Origin: Candidatus Cloacimonadales bacterium
Lineage (GTDB): Bacteria > Cloacimonadota > Cloacimonadia > Cloacimonadales > JAFGVF01
NCBI GenBank assembly: GCA_963667035.1
Contig: OY762964.1
Span: 2,144,001-2,208,000 of the forward strand
DNA length: 64,000 nucleotides
Direction: 5' to 3'
A program made the translations under genes and the position numbers. The notes below the pieces were generated by a model that was not told the origin of the DNA, made no database searches, and saw only the letters and a list, made by a program, of their open reading frames with translations. Below are positions 20,361 through 31,092 of this stretch, piece after piece (position 1 is the stretch's first letter; the number at the start of each line of letters is the position of its first letter).

Positions 20361-20942
20361 ATGCAATTTGCTTTAAAACCAATTCAAGAATGTCTCATAA
20401 ATCCTTATATAAGAACTCTATTACCTGCATTCAAACTCAATCAGATAGATAAATATAAGTTTAAAGAGCATAGAGATATGCACCTCAAAGCATGGTCTTT
20501 GTTACTAGAATTTTTGGAAATAAATAACTATCCGATAGACAACATAAAAAAAATGCATTGTAATCAATATGGTAAACCATATATTGATGGAATTTACTTC
20601 AGTATTTCGTATTCAAAACCTTATATACTTGTTGCTATTAGTAAGGAAGAAATTGGAGCCGATATTGAAGTAGTTAACGAATTATACCTCACAGATATAA
20701 AGCCTTTCTTACATCCTGATGAATTAGAAATAGTTGATAAAAGCACAACCACTGAAAAGTTATACAATATATGGGTGAAGAAAGAAGCTGTTCTCAAGCT
20801 CTTAGGTACAGGTTTTCAAAGAATTCCTTCCGAAATCAATGTGTTACAAAAGAACATTGCTATTGATAAAGAAGTCATTGTTTTACAATCAATCTCAAGT
20901 GATAGCAATCTCATTGCATATATTGCGAGATACACTTATTAG
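20361..20942 (+). CDS. Sfp-type 4'-phosphopantetheinyl transferase
   Basis: YGKP, FSISYS, IGADIE, WVKKEAVLKLLGTG. Confidence 0.85.
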   Translation: MQFALKPIQECLINPYIRTLLPAFKLNQIDKYKFKEHRDMHLKAWSLLLEFLEINNYPIDNIKKMHCNQYGKPYIDGIYFSISYSKPYILVAISKEEIGADIEVVNELYLTDIKPFLHPDELEIVDKSTTTEKLYNIWVKKEAVLKLLGTGFQRIPSEINVLQKNIAIDKEVIVLQSISSDSNLIAYIARYTY

Positions 20943-21088
20943 TTCCCTCTTTAATTACCAAACATGATTTACTAAAGAGACTTACAAATAAAGACTTGTT
21001 TCTCTCTGTTATTGTAATAGAGTAATGATAGGTAGCTAATATGATATATCTTGACCCATACACAAAAGTTAATATGCTTGTAATAATT

Positions 21089-21480
21089 AAGGAGAGGGTG
21101 CAATATCTGCCTGGTGCAGGAGGAAAGTCCGAACACCGCAGAACAGGATACTTTCTAACGGAAAGTCTCGGTAACGGGAAGCTAGCTCCACAGAAACAAA
21201 CCGCCGGTTATAATCGGTAAGGGTGAAATGGTGGTGTAAGAGACCACCGGAGATTCAGGTGACTGAATCTGCCGGGAAAGCCTTATCCGGTGCAATGCCA
21301 AATAGGGGAGAAATTCGCTTGCGAATACGGGGTTGTTCGTCCCGTTGTACTCTCGGGTAGGCAGCTAGAGTCGGTCCCTTAAAAGGAGCTCATTTGAGCG
21401 TCGTGAGACCCGAATTAGATGAATAGATATTCCTGCTGTTTTTAGCAGCAGTACAGAATTCGGCTTATGACCTTCTCCTT
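21089..21480 (+). ncRNA. rnpB: RNase P RNA (type A-like)
   Basis: GAGGAAAGTCC, CACAGAAA, AGGGTGAAA, ACAGAATTCGGCTTA; P1 AAGGAGAGGGT pairs with ACCTTCTCCTT; P2 AATATCT/AGATATT. Confidence 0.95.
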
Positions 21481-21523
21481 AGTTGTTTATATTATAATAC
21501 TTCGATTTCACTCAAGGGGAATT

Positions 21524-22336
21524 ATGAAAAAGATACTATATGTATTTCTGATTATTTTGACAATGTTCGGTTGTGCCGGAAACAAAAAATGCCATAAAAC
21601 AAGCTCTTCAAAACCGAGAAAGATTCTAACCGCAGACATACCGGTGTGGTTTTATGATATCCCTCAACATTCAACAACCGGAATAGGAATAGGCATTAAT
21701 GAACAAAATGCCAAAGAGAATGCAGCACGTCAAATAGCTCTATTTGAGAAAGGACATGTTGTTTGTAAGTTCTGTGAATATGACAATGAGAGAGATAAGC
21801 TAGGATTGCAACTAAAGAAAATGGAATTTAAATTCAGTGAGATTATTGATTCCACAAGACATCAAGAGATTTTAAATAGTCTCACTCTAGTAGATGGAGT
21901 TAACATACGAGGTGATTACATCGGATTATTCTCAAATAGTGAGTTTGAAGTTTCACCCGGCAATAGAACTGTAAGCGAGAATGATATTCCCGAATGGTAT
22001 GAAGACGGTCAGGAAGTAAAAGTAGACGGTAGCCTAATCTCCGGCTTTGGTAAGGGAAGTTCTCACACAATAGGTAGGGCTTTTGAAAAAGCTTACAATG
22101 ATGCCCTTTATAAATTTAGCAGATACATATCAACCAATGTTGAATCATACATCTATGAAAAGACAGATATTCAAATACGCAATGCTACAGCAATTGAATC
22201 AGATATAATCATTAAGAATGTAAATCTTGTTAAACTGTTTGTTATCCCTTCCTCAGACTCAGTGGGTTTACAGCAATACAAAGTGTTTTGTCAGATTAGT
22301 TGGGATCAACAACAAGAGATTATTGACCTAAAATAA
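21524..22336 (+). CDS. Lipoprotein with two LPP20-like domains
   Basis: Lipobox MFGC; IPVWF..GIG..AKENA and IPEWY..GFGKG..AYNDA. Confidence 0.65.
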   Translation: MKKILYVFLIILTMFGCAGNKKCHKTSSSKPRKILTADIPVWFYDIPQHSTTGIGIGINEQNAKENAARQIALFEKGHVVCKFCEYDNERDKLGLQLKKMEFKFSEIIDSTRHQEILNSLTLVDGVNIRGDYIGLFSNSEFEVSPGNRTVSENDIPEWYEDGQEVKVDGSLISGFGKGSSHTIGRAFEKAYNDALYKFSRYISTNVESYIYEKTDIQIRNATAIESDIIIKNVNLVKLFVIPSSDSVGLQQYKVFCQISWDQQQEIIDLK

Positions 22337-22337
22337 T

Positions 22338-22742
22338 CTAGTCCTTCAAAGTTTTTAGAATAGCCCTCGGAATACTATATTGCACGAAGGCTATATTTTT
22401 ATCCGTACTTTCATCATAGTACAATTCCGAGTTAGTTCTTATCAGTTTGGAAACTATGAATTTTGAGGAATAGCTTTCCTCTGCCACTTCATCATTCAGA
22501 TAATCAATTAAAGCTTGCTTAGCTCTATTCCCGGCTCTAAACAAAGCAATATCTTCTGATTCTGCGGATGAGCTCCCGTAGAAATACATTGAGTTATCCG
22601 CTTCTGCTTGATACTCCCACCAGGAAGGAGTAACTTGTTGTTGATTAGTTATGCTTGATTTATTCCCTATATTAAACCCGATTACAAAGCTTATAAGCAT
22701 CAATATGAAAACAACAAGATAGTTGAATAATCTGTTAGCCAC
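22338..22742 (-). CDS. Membrane-anchored LPP20-like protein
   Basis: N-terminal TM; PSWW...YFYGSS...AGNRAK, paralogous to neighbour. Confidence 0.6.
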   Translation of the reverse strand: MANRLFNYLVVFILMLISFVIGFNIGNKSSITNQQQVTPSWWEYQAEADNSMYFYGSSSAESEDIALFRAGNRAKQALIDYLNDEVAEESYSSKFIVSKLIRTNSELYYDESTDKNIAFVQYSIPRAILKTLKD

Positions 22743-22762
22743 TTACATTCCTCCTTTAAATA

Positions 22763-22789
22763 GAAAAGCCCTTTCCGGTCGGAAAGGGC
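22763..22789 (-). terminator. Terminator
   Basis: GCCCTTTCC-GGTC-GGAAAGGGC with T-tract on the minus strand. Confidence 0.7.
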
Positions 22790-22814
22790 CTGGATTGTTA
22801 TCCGACTCTAAAAT

Positions 22815-23381
22815 TTATTTTCCTGAAAGTTCAGCTTCAAGTTTTTGGAAAGCTTGTGTAGCTTTGAACTCATTATACATAGCTTCTTCGTTATGCATAG
22901 CATCAGACATTTCCTGATTTACTGTATCTTTCGGAATAGCTAACTGAGCAAAAACTTTAAAACGTTCTTGTCCATTTACATCAACAGCTATAACTTCTGA
23001 TTTAGTAGGAATTGCATTAGAGAATTTAGCTTCTGAAACAACCTTTGTTACTCTTTCTGTAAATTCTAAGACACGAGGATTATCATGACCTGATTCCTGG
23101 ATGAAATCACTCATCATATCTTTAACATAAGCTTTAACATACTGAGCTGCATTACTGAAAGCTTCAGTTTTAGCAGATGAACGAGCTGTTTTTTCGCTTA
23201 CTTTAGTTGCTGAACCGTAGAAATAAAGGTATTCAGCACCCGGGTCTTGTGATTCCCACCAATCAGGAGAATACACTTTCTTAACACTGCTTTTTTCAAC
23301 AGTACCCTTAGCTCCACCACACCCTACTAGCATTAAAGCTAATAAGATAAGACCAATTAATAGAATTTTAGTTCCTTTCAT
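22815..23381 (-). CDS. LPP20-family lipoprotein
   Basis: Lipobox LVGC; PDWW...YFYGSA...AKTEA. Confidence 0.7.
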   Translation of the reverse strand: MKGTKILLIGLILLALMLVGCGGAKGTVEKSSVKKVYSPDWWESQDPGAEYLYFYGSATKVSEKTARSSAKTEAFSNAAQYVKAYVKDMMSDFIQESGHDNPRVLEFTERVTKVVSEAKFSNAIPTKSEVIAVDVNGQERFKVFAQLAIPKDTVNQEMSDAMHNEEAMYNEFKATQAFQKLEAELSGK

Positions 23382-23520
23382 TATTTATCCTCCTCTTTGA
23401 GTTTCGAATAACAATACTCAATAAAAGTGACTTTTACAAAAGTTGTCAATCAAAATATTGAGCTCAAGTCCCGCTCCTAAAGCGGTTTCTTTTTTAAACT
23501 TTTTTTAGACAGTAATAACA

Positions 23521-23552
23521 AAAAAAGAGCGGAGACATAACATCTCCGCTTT
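23521..23552 (-). terminator. Terminator
   Basis: AGCGGAGA-N7-TCTCCGCT with T-tract on the minus strand. Confidence 0.65.
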
Positions 23553-23572
23553 ATATTTCTTTCGATTGATTA

Positions 23573-26299
23573 CTATTCGAAGATTTTGAGAACCACGAAT
23601 CCATTATCTCCATTCGATATGAATATATGGTTATTATCAAATCTTACATCCTTAACTGATGTTAATCCATCGTCATTTGTCTGCTGGACAACAGCAACAT
23701 TACTTGTATTAGTTACATTTACAATTGAAACACCACCTTCATCGGCAGCTATCACAGCAAAGTTATCTTTAACATAGCATGACATTGGGGTTCCTACTAT
23801 TGAGCAGTTACTTAACTCAGATAATTGTGAAGGTGAAGAGATACTATATGCATAGAATCCGTCACTAGTACAAGCATAGAGAACGTCATCGAAACTGTAA
23901 ACATCTGTTGCAGGAGATGATGTTGCGGTTGTACTTGCAATACTAGGATTAGTTGGATCTGTTACGTCAACAATAACAATACCGTTGGTCATATCTGCAA
24001 CATAAGCATAGTTACCAACAACACAAACTTGATGAGCTGATCCGTCAGTATCAATGTTTCCAACTATTGTTGGAGTAGTTGGGTCAGTTAAATCAAATAT
24101 CTGAAGTCCTGCTTCTGCATCTGCAACATAAGCATAGTTACCTTCTACCCATATACCTTCGGCATTTCCCGGAGTTGTTCCATATCCGACATATTGTGGA
24201 AGAACAGGATTAGTAACGCTGTTAATCTGCATACCCCATTCAAGGTCTACTGAATAAGCTGTGTTGTTGTAGTAGAATACATCGTAGCAATAATTAGGAG
24301 TATTTATCAATCCATTAACAGTTGGACTATTAGGATTTGTTGCATTAATAACTAACATTCCGGCTCCTCTATCAGCAGCATAGATATAGCCTTCATTGTA
24401 ATCAAATCCATAGATGCCATTCATAACATTGCAAGAACCGACTTCTTCCATACTCCAACTTCCTGCCATAATTCCTGTTGTAAACGACCATACAGGACTA
24501 CTAGTCTCAAGGGCATTATCAGAAGCAACAACTTTCCAGTAGTATGTTGTTGAAGTTTCTAATTGCTCAACTGTATATGTTGTGTCGGTTAAGCCTTCAG
24601 CATAAACCGGAGGATTACTGTCTGTTCCTATATAGAAAGAATAAGTTAATGGCTGACCGGTATTAGGATCTGAGCAAGCCCATTGGAAGTCTAATGAAGT
24701 ATGAGTATCTGTTGCCATATCTTCAGGATATGGAGAAGATGGCTCAAGCGGTGCAACATTTGGAGCATCAATTGTATCGAACAACCAAGTAGTACCTGTT
24801 CTCCAAACGCTACCATCAAAGGCAAGAACTCTCCAGTAGTAAGTTTCATCATACTGTAAGCCTGTTGGAGCAAAGCTCTTCTCTGTAAGACCTTCAGCTA
24901 TAGTTTCGAAATTAGAGCCTGTTCCCATCTGAACATTATATGTTAAATCATCACCGTCTAAATCTGAACATTCCCAAGAGAGAACAACATCTAAGAAGAT
25001 GAAATCAGCGCCATTTTCAGGATATGGATTGGTTATAGGTTCAGGTCTTGTATTTGTTCTAAAATGCCAAGTAGGACTTGTGGAAGCAGATGTTCCATCA
25101 TTAGCTTCTATCTTCCAGTAATATGTTGTAGCTGAAAGTAAGCTAGTAGCTTCATAGCTATTTGCTGTTTGACTATAACTCATAACAACAGGATTCGGTT
25201 GTGTTCCAAAATATACTTTATAGCTAACTTCATCATTTTCATCCTGATCTTCACAATCCCATGTAAGAGTTACGCTATTTGCTACACCAATTGCATCATC
25301 TGCAGGGAATGGGTTTGACGGTACAGGTGGTGTAAAGTTTGTTGAAAATGACCAAACAGGACCGGTTACTTGATTATAACCGTCAGTAACAACTATTTTC
25401 CAATAGTAAGTAGTTGATAATTGTAACTGATTAAGTGTATATTCGCTATATGATAAGTCTTCGCCAATTAGCACGGGATCTGCATCTGTACCAAAGTATA
25501 AATCATAGAACATTGAAGAGTTCTCAGGATCTTGACTGGACCAATTAAGAACTAGAGATGGTGATAGACCTGTTTCTCCATCAGCAGGATATTGACCTTC
25601 AAGTATTACAGGTGGTAAATTCTCTCCCATAGTTGTCTTGAAATGCCATACATCTCCGACTTTTTTTGCAGTTCCATCGTAAACATCTATTCTCCAATAA
25701 TATGTTGTTTCAAAAGCAAGCTCTTGAGCAAATGTAAAGCTTGTTTCAGTTTGATTGTCTGAAATTGGAGTATCAGGTAATGTACTTGAAGTTCCATAAT
25801 ATACATCGTAGACTAATTCATCACCGTCAGCATCTGAACTTTCCCAAGACAAGGTTGGGAGTACAGGAATGGTTTCTGCTCCGTTTGCAGGATTTGGGTT
25901 ACTTGCTTTTTCAGGTACTGTGTTAGGTCTTCTCAATTGGATTTCTACAGGAGTACTATTTGTACTGTTTCCACTTTTATCAACAGCTTTTGCAACCAAA
26001 GAGCAATCTCCGGCTTCCATATTTGAAGTAACCCATTGATATGTATAAGGAGAGGTTGTAAGTGTTGTTATCAACTCTCCGTTTGCCATAAACTCTACTC
26101 TGCGAACTTGTTCGTTATCATCTGCATTAATGGTAACATTAACTGTGTTACCGATAGTATAAGTTGCACCTTGAACAGGTTGAGCAATACTCACAGTCGG
26201 GGGAGTTTTATCTGAACTCGTTGAATCACCGCATCCGGCAAATATTGCTAAACCAAGGCATAAAAGACCAATAATTAAATATTTAGTCCCTTTCATCAT
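23573..26299 (-). CDS. Surface lipoprotein: Ig-like domain, five FN3-like repeats, LVIVD-repeat propeller
   Basis: Lipobox FAGC; five P..P.DG...L.W...Y.GT...TYYW...W.F.T repeats; VEGNYAYVAD/LQIFD/IVIVDV repeats. Confidence 0.8.
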   Translation of the reverse strand: MMKGTKYLIIGLLCLGLAIFAGCGDSTSSDKTPPTVSIAQPVQGATYTIGNTVNVTINADDNEQVRRVEFMANGELITTLTTSPYTYQWVTSNMEAGDCSLVAKAVDKSGNSTNSTPVEIQLRRPNTVPEKASNPNPANGAETIPVLPTLSWESSDADGDELVYDVYYGTSSTLPDTPISDNQTETSFTFAQELAFETTYYWRIDVYDGTAKKVGDVWHFKTTMGENLPPVILEGQYPADGETGLSPSLVLNWSSQDPENSSMFYDLYFGTDADPVLIGEDLSYSEYTLNQLQLSTTYYWKIVVTDGYNQVTGPVWSFSTNFTPPVPSNPFPADDAIGVANSVTLTWDCEDQDENDEVSYKVYFGTQPNPVVMSYSQTANSYEATSLLSATTYYWKIEANDGTSASTSPTWHFRTNTRPEPITNPYPENGADFIFLDVVLSWECSDLDGDDLTYNVQMGTGSNFETIAEGLTEKSFAPTGLQYDETYYWRVLAFDGSVWRTGTTWLFDTIDAPNVAPLEPSSPYPEDMATDTHTSLDFQWACSDPNTGQPLTYSFYIGTDSNPPVYAEGLTDTTYTVEQLETSTTYYWKVVASDNALETSSPVWSFTTGIMAGSWSMEEVGSCNVMNGIYGFDYNEGYIYAADRGAGMLVINATNPNSPTVNGLINTPNYCYDVFYYNNTAYSVDLEWGMQINSVTNPVLPQYVGYGTTPGNAEGIWVEGNYAYVADAEAGLQIFDLTDPTTPTIVGNIDTDGSAHQVCVVGNYAYVADMTNGIVIVDVTDPTNPSIASTTATSSPATDVYSFDDVLYACTSDGFYAYSISSPSQLSELSNCSIVGTPMSCYVKDNFAVIAADEGGVSIVNVTNTSNVAVVQQTNDDGLTSVKDVRFDNNHIFISNGDNGFVVLKIFE

Positions 26300-26383
26300 T
26301 CTAACCTCCAGTGGATTGTTATTTACTTTATTTATGTTAGATAATACATCTTCTGTCAATTAAAAACTGAAATCTCCTATATT

Positions 26384-27118
26384 TTATTCCCAAGTATATC
26401 TCACATTGTTCTTCTTTAGAGCATTTACAAGCCTGAATTCAATTCGGTTTTCTCCGAAAATTTTATCAAGACTTTTTACTTTTTGTCTATACTCATCTCG
26501 GATATTATTCTCTTCGTAAGGGCATTTATAATCCAATATGGATAACTCCAAATTAGTAAAAATATTTTGAATCGCTCTCTCCCCTATTGTTAACATGGGG
26601 CGAATTACTTTTAACGGATATTTATCGTACTTCACCACAGGTCTGAGAGTTTCAATCCTACTGTGTTCCATCAAGTTCATGACAAATGTTTCAGTGAGGT
26701 CTCCTGCATGGTGTCCTAAAGCCATCTTTTGAATTCCATGATTCTCCATATACTCCCACATTGCAACTCTTTTGAATCTGGAACATGAATAGCAAACACT
26801 TTTCTCTGAAATACTTCTTTCCATGTTAATTGAAAGTTCTCGATACTCAATTCCCAATGCTGAACAGTAATCACTGATTATTCCGGTATCATATTTATCA
26901 GTTCTCACATGGAGAGCTATAACACTGTAATTTAGATAGGAGTATTTGTTAACATACCAAAGAAGATAGAGTAGAATTAGGCTATCCTTTCCACCGGATA
27001 CCGCTACAGCAATTGTCTCATTGTTATCAATAAGCTCATACTTTCTTATAGCTCGGATAATCTCTGAACTTATCGGCTCTAATGATTTCCTATATTCTTT
27101 TACTATCCTCAATCTCAC
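26384..27118 (-). CDS. TtcA-family PP-loop tRNA thiolation protein
   Basis: SGGKDS, CYSC, GHHAGD, IRPM, CPYE. Confidence 0.8.
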   Translation of the reverse strand: MRLRIVKEYRKSLEPISSEIIRAIRKYELIDNNETIAVAVSGGKDSLILLYLLWYVNKYSYLNYSVIALHVRTDKYDTGIISDYCSALGIEYRELSINMERSISEKSVCYSCSRFKRVAMWEYMENHGIQKMALGHHAGDLTETFVMNLMEHSRIETLRPVVKYDKYPLKVIRPMLTIGERAIQNIFTNLELSILDYKCPYEENNIRDEYRQKVKSLDKIFGENRIEFRLVNALKKNNVRYTWE

Positions 27119-27381
27119 TCCTTAGTTATCCCATGTAAAAACACTTATGCAGTTTTTCTGCCAAACTTATATTTATTTGCTTTATAGTATAATTTTGTTG
27201 TTAAGGTAGAGAATACATAATCAAAAATTCCAATATTCTTTTATAATCTCCCTTCTTAGAATAGTCTTCAGTATCATGCTCCTGAATGACAATAAAAGAA
27301 TTCATACTTGCCATTATGATTTCTTCTTGCTAAATTTATAGTCAATACTTTTACTCAAACACCTCCTAATCTCTTCTTTTT

Positions 27382-27530
27382 TTGGTTCCTTCTACCCTAC
27401 TTCTACCCTGTGGTTTCTCTCGGGTTAGTCTCCCGTTGCTCTCCCGTTGCTCGCAACGAGATAGAAACGGGAGAAAAATGAGACAGAAACTAGTGAAAAT
27501 TATCCGGTTGGTGGACGAGCAGAAGGATGC
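27382..27530. repeat. Dyad-symmetric 11-bp-periodic intergenic element, copy B (paralog of A)
   Basis: GGTTTCTCTCGGGTTAGTCTCCCGTTGCTCTCCCGTTG identical to copy A; 78-bp right arm collinear. Confidence 0.9.
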
Positions 27531-27754
27531 AAAAAAGATTGTGAGGAGTATTCTTAAAACTGTGTAAATTGATAAAATCAGATTCATAGAGGCCATGTAT
27601 TATTTTGCACAAGACACAAAAAAATAAGATTAGCATAATCTCATTGACAATGAATGAATTTAATAACCTATTGTCTTATAGTGAGTAAGAAAGATGTTAA
27701 AAGCTGTTAAATTCTTACTTGACACAGTATTGCCTCAAAATAATGTGACGCAGT

Positions 27755-27840
27755 GCGAAAGTGGCGGAATTGGCAGACGCGCTGGACTTAGAATCCAGTG
27801 AGCATAGCTCGTAGGGGTTCAAGTCCCCTCTTTCGCACCA
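27755..27840 (+). tRNA. tRNA-Leu(TAG)
   Basis: GCGAAAG/CTTTCGC acceptor stem, CTGGA-CTTAGAA-TCCAG anticodon arm, long variable arm, GTTCAA, encoded CCA. Confidence 0.97.
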
Positions 27841-27881
27841 TTTTTTTGTAAACAAATTAAGATAACATAAAGGAGACTGTT

Positions 27882-29147
27882 GTGAAAATTGAAATCAATA
27901 ACAAGAGTCAGGTATTACAGGAAGCTGTGATCACAGTTGATGCGGAAACAGCATTGAAAGATTATAACAAAGCACTTAAAAGAGTGGCTAACAAAGTTGT
28001 TATACCCGGATTCAGAAAGGGTAAAGCACCTCTCACACGTGTAGAAAAAGACTATGAACCACAGATAGTTAATGAATATTACAATACTTTCATAGACAAG
28101 TACTACCAACAGGCACTCGAAGAAGGTGATTTCCACCCAATGACAGAACCAACTCCTACAAATATCGATTGGGAAAAAGGTAAAGATTTCGTACTTACAT
28201 TGTCCTATGAAATTGAACCTACCATAGAATTAAAGAAATATGAAGGCTTGGAGATTCCTTTCAAACCAATGCCTATAGATGCTCAACTTGATAACTATCT
28301 TGAAGAGCTTAGACAAAGAGGTTCAACTCAGATAGATGTCGATGAACCTGTTATGGAAGGAGATATCATAGATGTAACAGTTACTGTTGGTGAAGATAGC
28401 ATTCAAAGAGAGCTGTTAGTAGACCCAAGTCTTGGTGAAGAACTTTTTAATTCATTACTTGAAAAGAAAATCGGCGACGAATTCGATAGCAAAATGAGAG
28501 CTCGTTTATTTGATAAAGATGCAAAAGACCCTGAAGAAGAAATTGAGGTTAAAATTAGCCTTGATGCTGTCAGAAGAGTTAAAGTACCTGAGCTTGATGA
28601 TGAATTTGCCAAAGATTATGAATATGAAACTCTTGCAGAGATGAGAGAAAAACTTGCTGAAGAACTTCAAGTTGATAACGATAAAGCAAATCGTGAAGCA
28701 AAACGTTCAAACACACTCGTAAAGATTGCCGAAGAGAATGAGTTTGAAGTACCGCAGGTGATGGTTGATAATTATACATATCATTTGGCAAAGCCTTATG
28801 TTGAAGCTTATAATATTGAAGCTGAAAAGATTATGCCTATGTTTAAACCTGAAGCTGAACGTGAAGTTAAACATTATTTCGTAATCAAAGCTCTCAAAGA
28901 AATGCTTGAGACAGACTATGACGAAGACTTCAAAAACGAAATGATTGAAAGATTCGCTCTTGAAGCTAAGAAAACTGTTGAAGAATATAAAGAAACTCAG
29001 AAAAGCTTTATTGAATCAGAAGATTTTGACGATGTACTCAAAACAGAAAAGCTCTATCGCTGGTTAGAAGAAAAGAATACCTATGTTGAACCGGTAGTAG
29101 AAGAACCTAAGAATGAAGAGGAGCCGGAAATAGCTCCTGAAGCTTAA
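27882..29147 (+). CDS. tig: Trigger factor
   Basis: [10 protein letters not shown]; tig-clpP-clpX synteny. Confidence 0.95.
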   Translation: MKIEINNKSQVLQEAVITVDAETALKDYNKALKRVANKVVIPGFRKGKAPLTRVEKDYEPQIVNEYYNTFIDKYYQQALEEGDFHPMTEPTPTNIDWEKGKDFVLTLSYEIEPTIELKKYEGLEIPFKPMPIDAQLDNYLEELRQRGSTQIDVDEPVMEGDIIDVTVTVGEDSIQRELLVDPSLGEELFNSLLEKKIGDEFDSKMRARLFDKDAKDPEEEIEVKISLDAVRRVKVPELDDEFAKDYEYETLAEMREKLAEELQVDNDKANREAKRSNTLVKIAEENEFEVPQVMVDNYTYHLAKPYVEAYNIEAEKIMPMFKPEAEREVKHYFVIKALKEMLETDYDEDFKNEMIERFALEAKKTVEEYKETQKSFIESEDFDDVLKTEKLYRWLEEKNTYVEPVVEEPKNEEEPEIAPEA

Positions 29148-29164
29148 AAAATCAGGGAGAAGAT

Positions 29165-29749
29165 GTGAGTTTTATTCCTTTTGTAATTGAGCAGTCCGGA
29201 AGAGCGGAACGTTCTTATGATATTTTTTCGAGACTCCTTAAAGATAGAATTATCTTTATTGGCGGTGCTATAAATGATGCAGTAGCAAATCTGGTTGTTG
29301 CTCAATTGTTACACCTTGAAGCTGAAGCTCCTGAAAAAGATATTTATATGTACATAAACAGTCCCGGCGGTGTGATAACTTCCGGATTGGCTATTTATGA
29401 TACGATGCAATACATAAAACCGGATGTAAGCACTATATGTATAGGACAAGCTGCCAGTATGGGTGCAGTTCTGTTAGCTGCCGGTGCTGAAGGGAAAAGA
29501 ATCGCCCTTCCAAGTAGCAGAATAATGATTCACCAACCTTTAGGTGGAGCTCAAGGACAAGCTACTGATATAGAGATTCAAGCTAAAGAAATCTCATACA
29601 TGAAAGATCAGCTAGCCGAAATCTTACGCAAACACACAGGAAAAACGGTTAAAAGAATTAAGACAGATTCAGATAGAAACTTCTTTATGAGTGCTCAGGA
29701 AGCTCTTGAGTACGGAATAATTGATACAGTTATTGAGAAAAGGAAATAG
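29165..29749 (+). CDS. clpP: Clp protease proteolytic subunit
   Basis: YINSPGG, AASMG, MIHQP. Confidence 0.98.
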   Translation: MSFIPFVIEQSGRAERSYDIFSRLLKDRIIFIGGAINDAVANLVVAQLLHLEAEAPEKDIYMYINSPGGVITSGLAIYDTMQYIKPDVSTICIGQAASMGAVLLAAGAEGKRIALPSSRIMIHQPLGGAQGQATDIEIQAKEISYMKDQLAEILRKHTGKTVKRIKTDSDRNFFMSAQEALEYGIIDTVIEKRK

Positions 29750-29751
29750 CT

Positions 29752-30972
29752 TTGAGTGATATTTTAGAAGAAAGCTGTTCGATATGCGGTAGACCACAAT
29801 CAGAAGTTAAAGCCATGATTCATGGCGTAACCGGTAATATCTGTAACGAGTGCATTGACTTATGTCATGACATGGTTCACAGTAAAAATGATTTGGAACA
29901 AATGGATGAGGAATTTAAACTTCCCACTCCTTCCGAATTAAAGAAACACCTTGATAGTTACGTTATCGATCAGGATAAAGCAAAGATTGCCATATCCGTG
30001 GCTGTTTACAATCACTATAAACGTATTTTCAAACAACAGCATACAGATGAAGAAATCGACATTGAAAAAAGTAATATCCTGCTGCTGGGACCAACAGGTT
30101 CAGGTAAGACCTTATTAGCTCAAACTCTTGCCCGGTTCCTCAAAGTCCCTTTTGCTATAGCCGACGCTACAACTCTTACCGAAGCAGGCTATGTGGGAGA
30201 TGATGTTGAGAATATACTCACAAGACTTCTTCAAGCAGCTAACTTTGATGTTGATAAAGCCCAACGAGGCATTATATATGTGGACGAGCTTGATAAAATA
30301 GCTAGAAAATCAGAGACTCCTTCCATTACACGAGATGTGTCAGGGGAAGGTGTACAGCAAGCTCTCCTGAAAATATTGGAAGGTTCTGTTGTTAATGTAC
30401 CACCAAAAGGTGGAAGAAAACATCCTTACCAAGACTTCATTCATCTCGATACAAAGAACATTCTCTTCATTTGCGGAGGAGCTTTCTTTGGTTTGGATAA
30501 ACTGATTAAAAGCAGAACCAATAAAAAGACCGTCGGGTTTGATGCAGAACTTCAATCAGATAAGATTGATAAAGACATACTTAATAAAGTAAGCTACGAA
30601 GATTTGCTAAAGTTTGGTATAATACCTGAGTTGATTGGTCGTTTACCGGTTGTTACAGCTCTACATGAGCTTAATGAAGAAGCTTTGGTTAAGATTCTCA
30701 CAGAACCTAAGAACTCATTGGTAAAACAATATCAGAAGCTCCTCAAACTGGATGGAGTTGAACTTTCTTTCGATAAAAAAGCCTTGAAAGCTATGGCTGA
30801 GCAAGCACAAAAACAACAAACGGGAGCCAGAAGTCTTCGTTCTATCATGGAAAGGACTATGCAAGACATTATGTTCGAGCTTCCCGATAAAAAGAATGTT
30901 GTTGAGTGCGTGATAACGGAAGATGTTGTCCGCAAAGGTGCTCAACCAAAGTATAAAACCAAGAAGATATAG
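29752..30972 (+). CDS. clpX: Clp protease ATP-binding subunit ClpX
   Basis: C4 zinc finger, [22 protein letters not shown] loop. Confidence 0.98.
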   Translation: MSDILEESCSICGRPQSEVKAMIHGVTGNICNECIDLCHDMVHSKNDLEQMDEEFKLPTPSELKKHLDSYVIDQDKAKIAISVAVYNHYKRIFKQQHTDEEIDIEKSNILLLGPTGSGKTLLAQTLARFLKVPFAIADATTLTEAGYVGDDVENILTRLLQAANFDVDKAQRGIIYVDELDKIARKSETPSITRDVSGEGVQQALLKILEGSVVNVPPKGGRKHPYQDFIHLDTKNILFICGGAFFGLDKLIKSRTNKKTVGFDAELQSDKIDKDILNKVSYEDLLKFGIIPELIGRLPVVTALHELNEEALVKILTEPKNSLVKQYQKLLKLDGVELSFDKKALKAMAEQAQKQQTGARSLRSIMERTMQDIMFELPDKKNVVECVITEDVVRKGAQPKYKTKKI

Positions 30973-30991
30973 CTAAGAATAAACAAATACT

Positions 30992-31019
30992 GAGCCCGTT
31001 TCAAAACGGGCTCTTTATC
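30992..31019 (+). terminator. Terminator after clpX
   Basis: GAGCCCGTTT-CA-AAACGGGCTC followed by TTT. Confidence 0.7.
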
Positions 31020-31092
31020 TTATACTTCCATAATGTAAAAAAAGAGCCTGTTAAATTAACAGACTCCTTTTGTCGAAGGACACATGCAATAG

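Noticed and set aside
21467..21523. ORF-track N-terminal extension of the lipoprotein
   Set aside because: Overlaps the rnpB 3' end; ATG 21524 has an RBS and a proper signal peptide
24480..25920. FN3-like repeats as a DGR or recent tandem duplication
   Set aside because: Similarity is only at protein-motif level; no near-identical TR/VR pair and no reverse transcriptase
27366..27596. 76-aa and 61-aa ORFs over element B
   Set aside because: By-products of the GC-rich repeat; no RBS or recognisable motif
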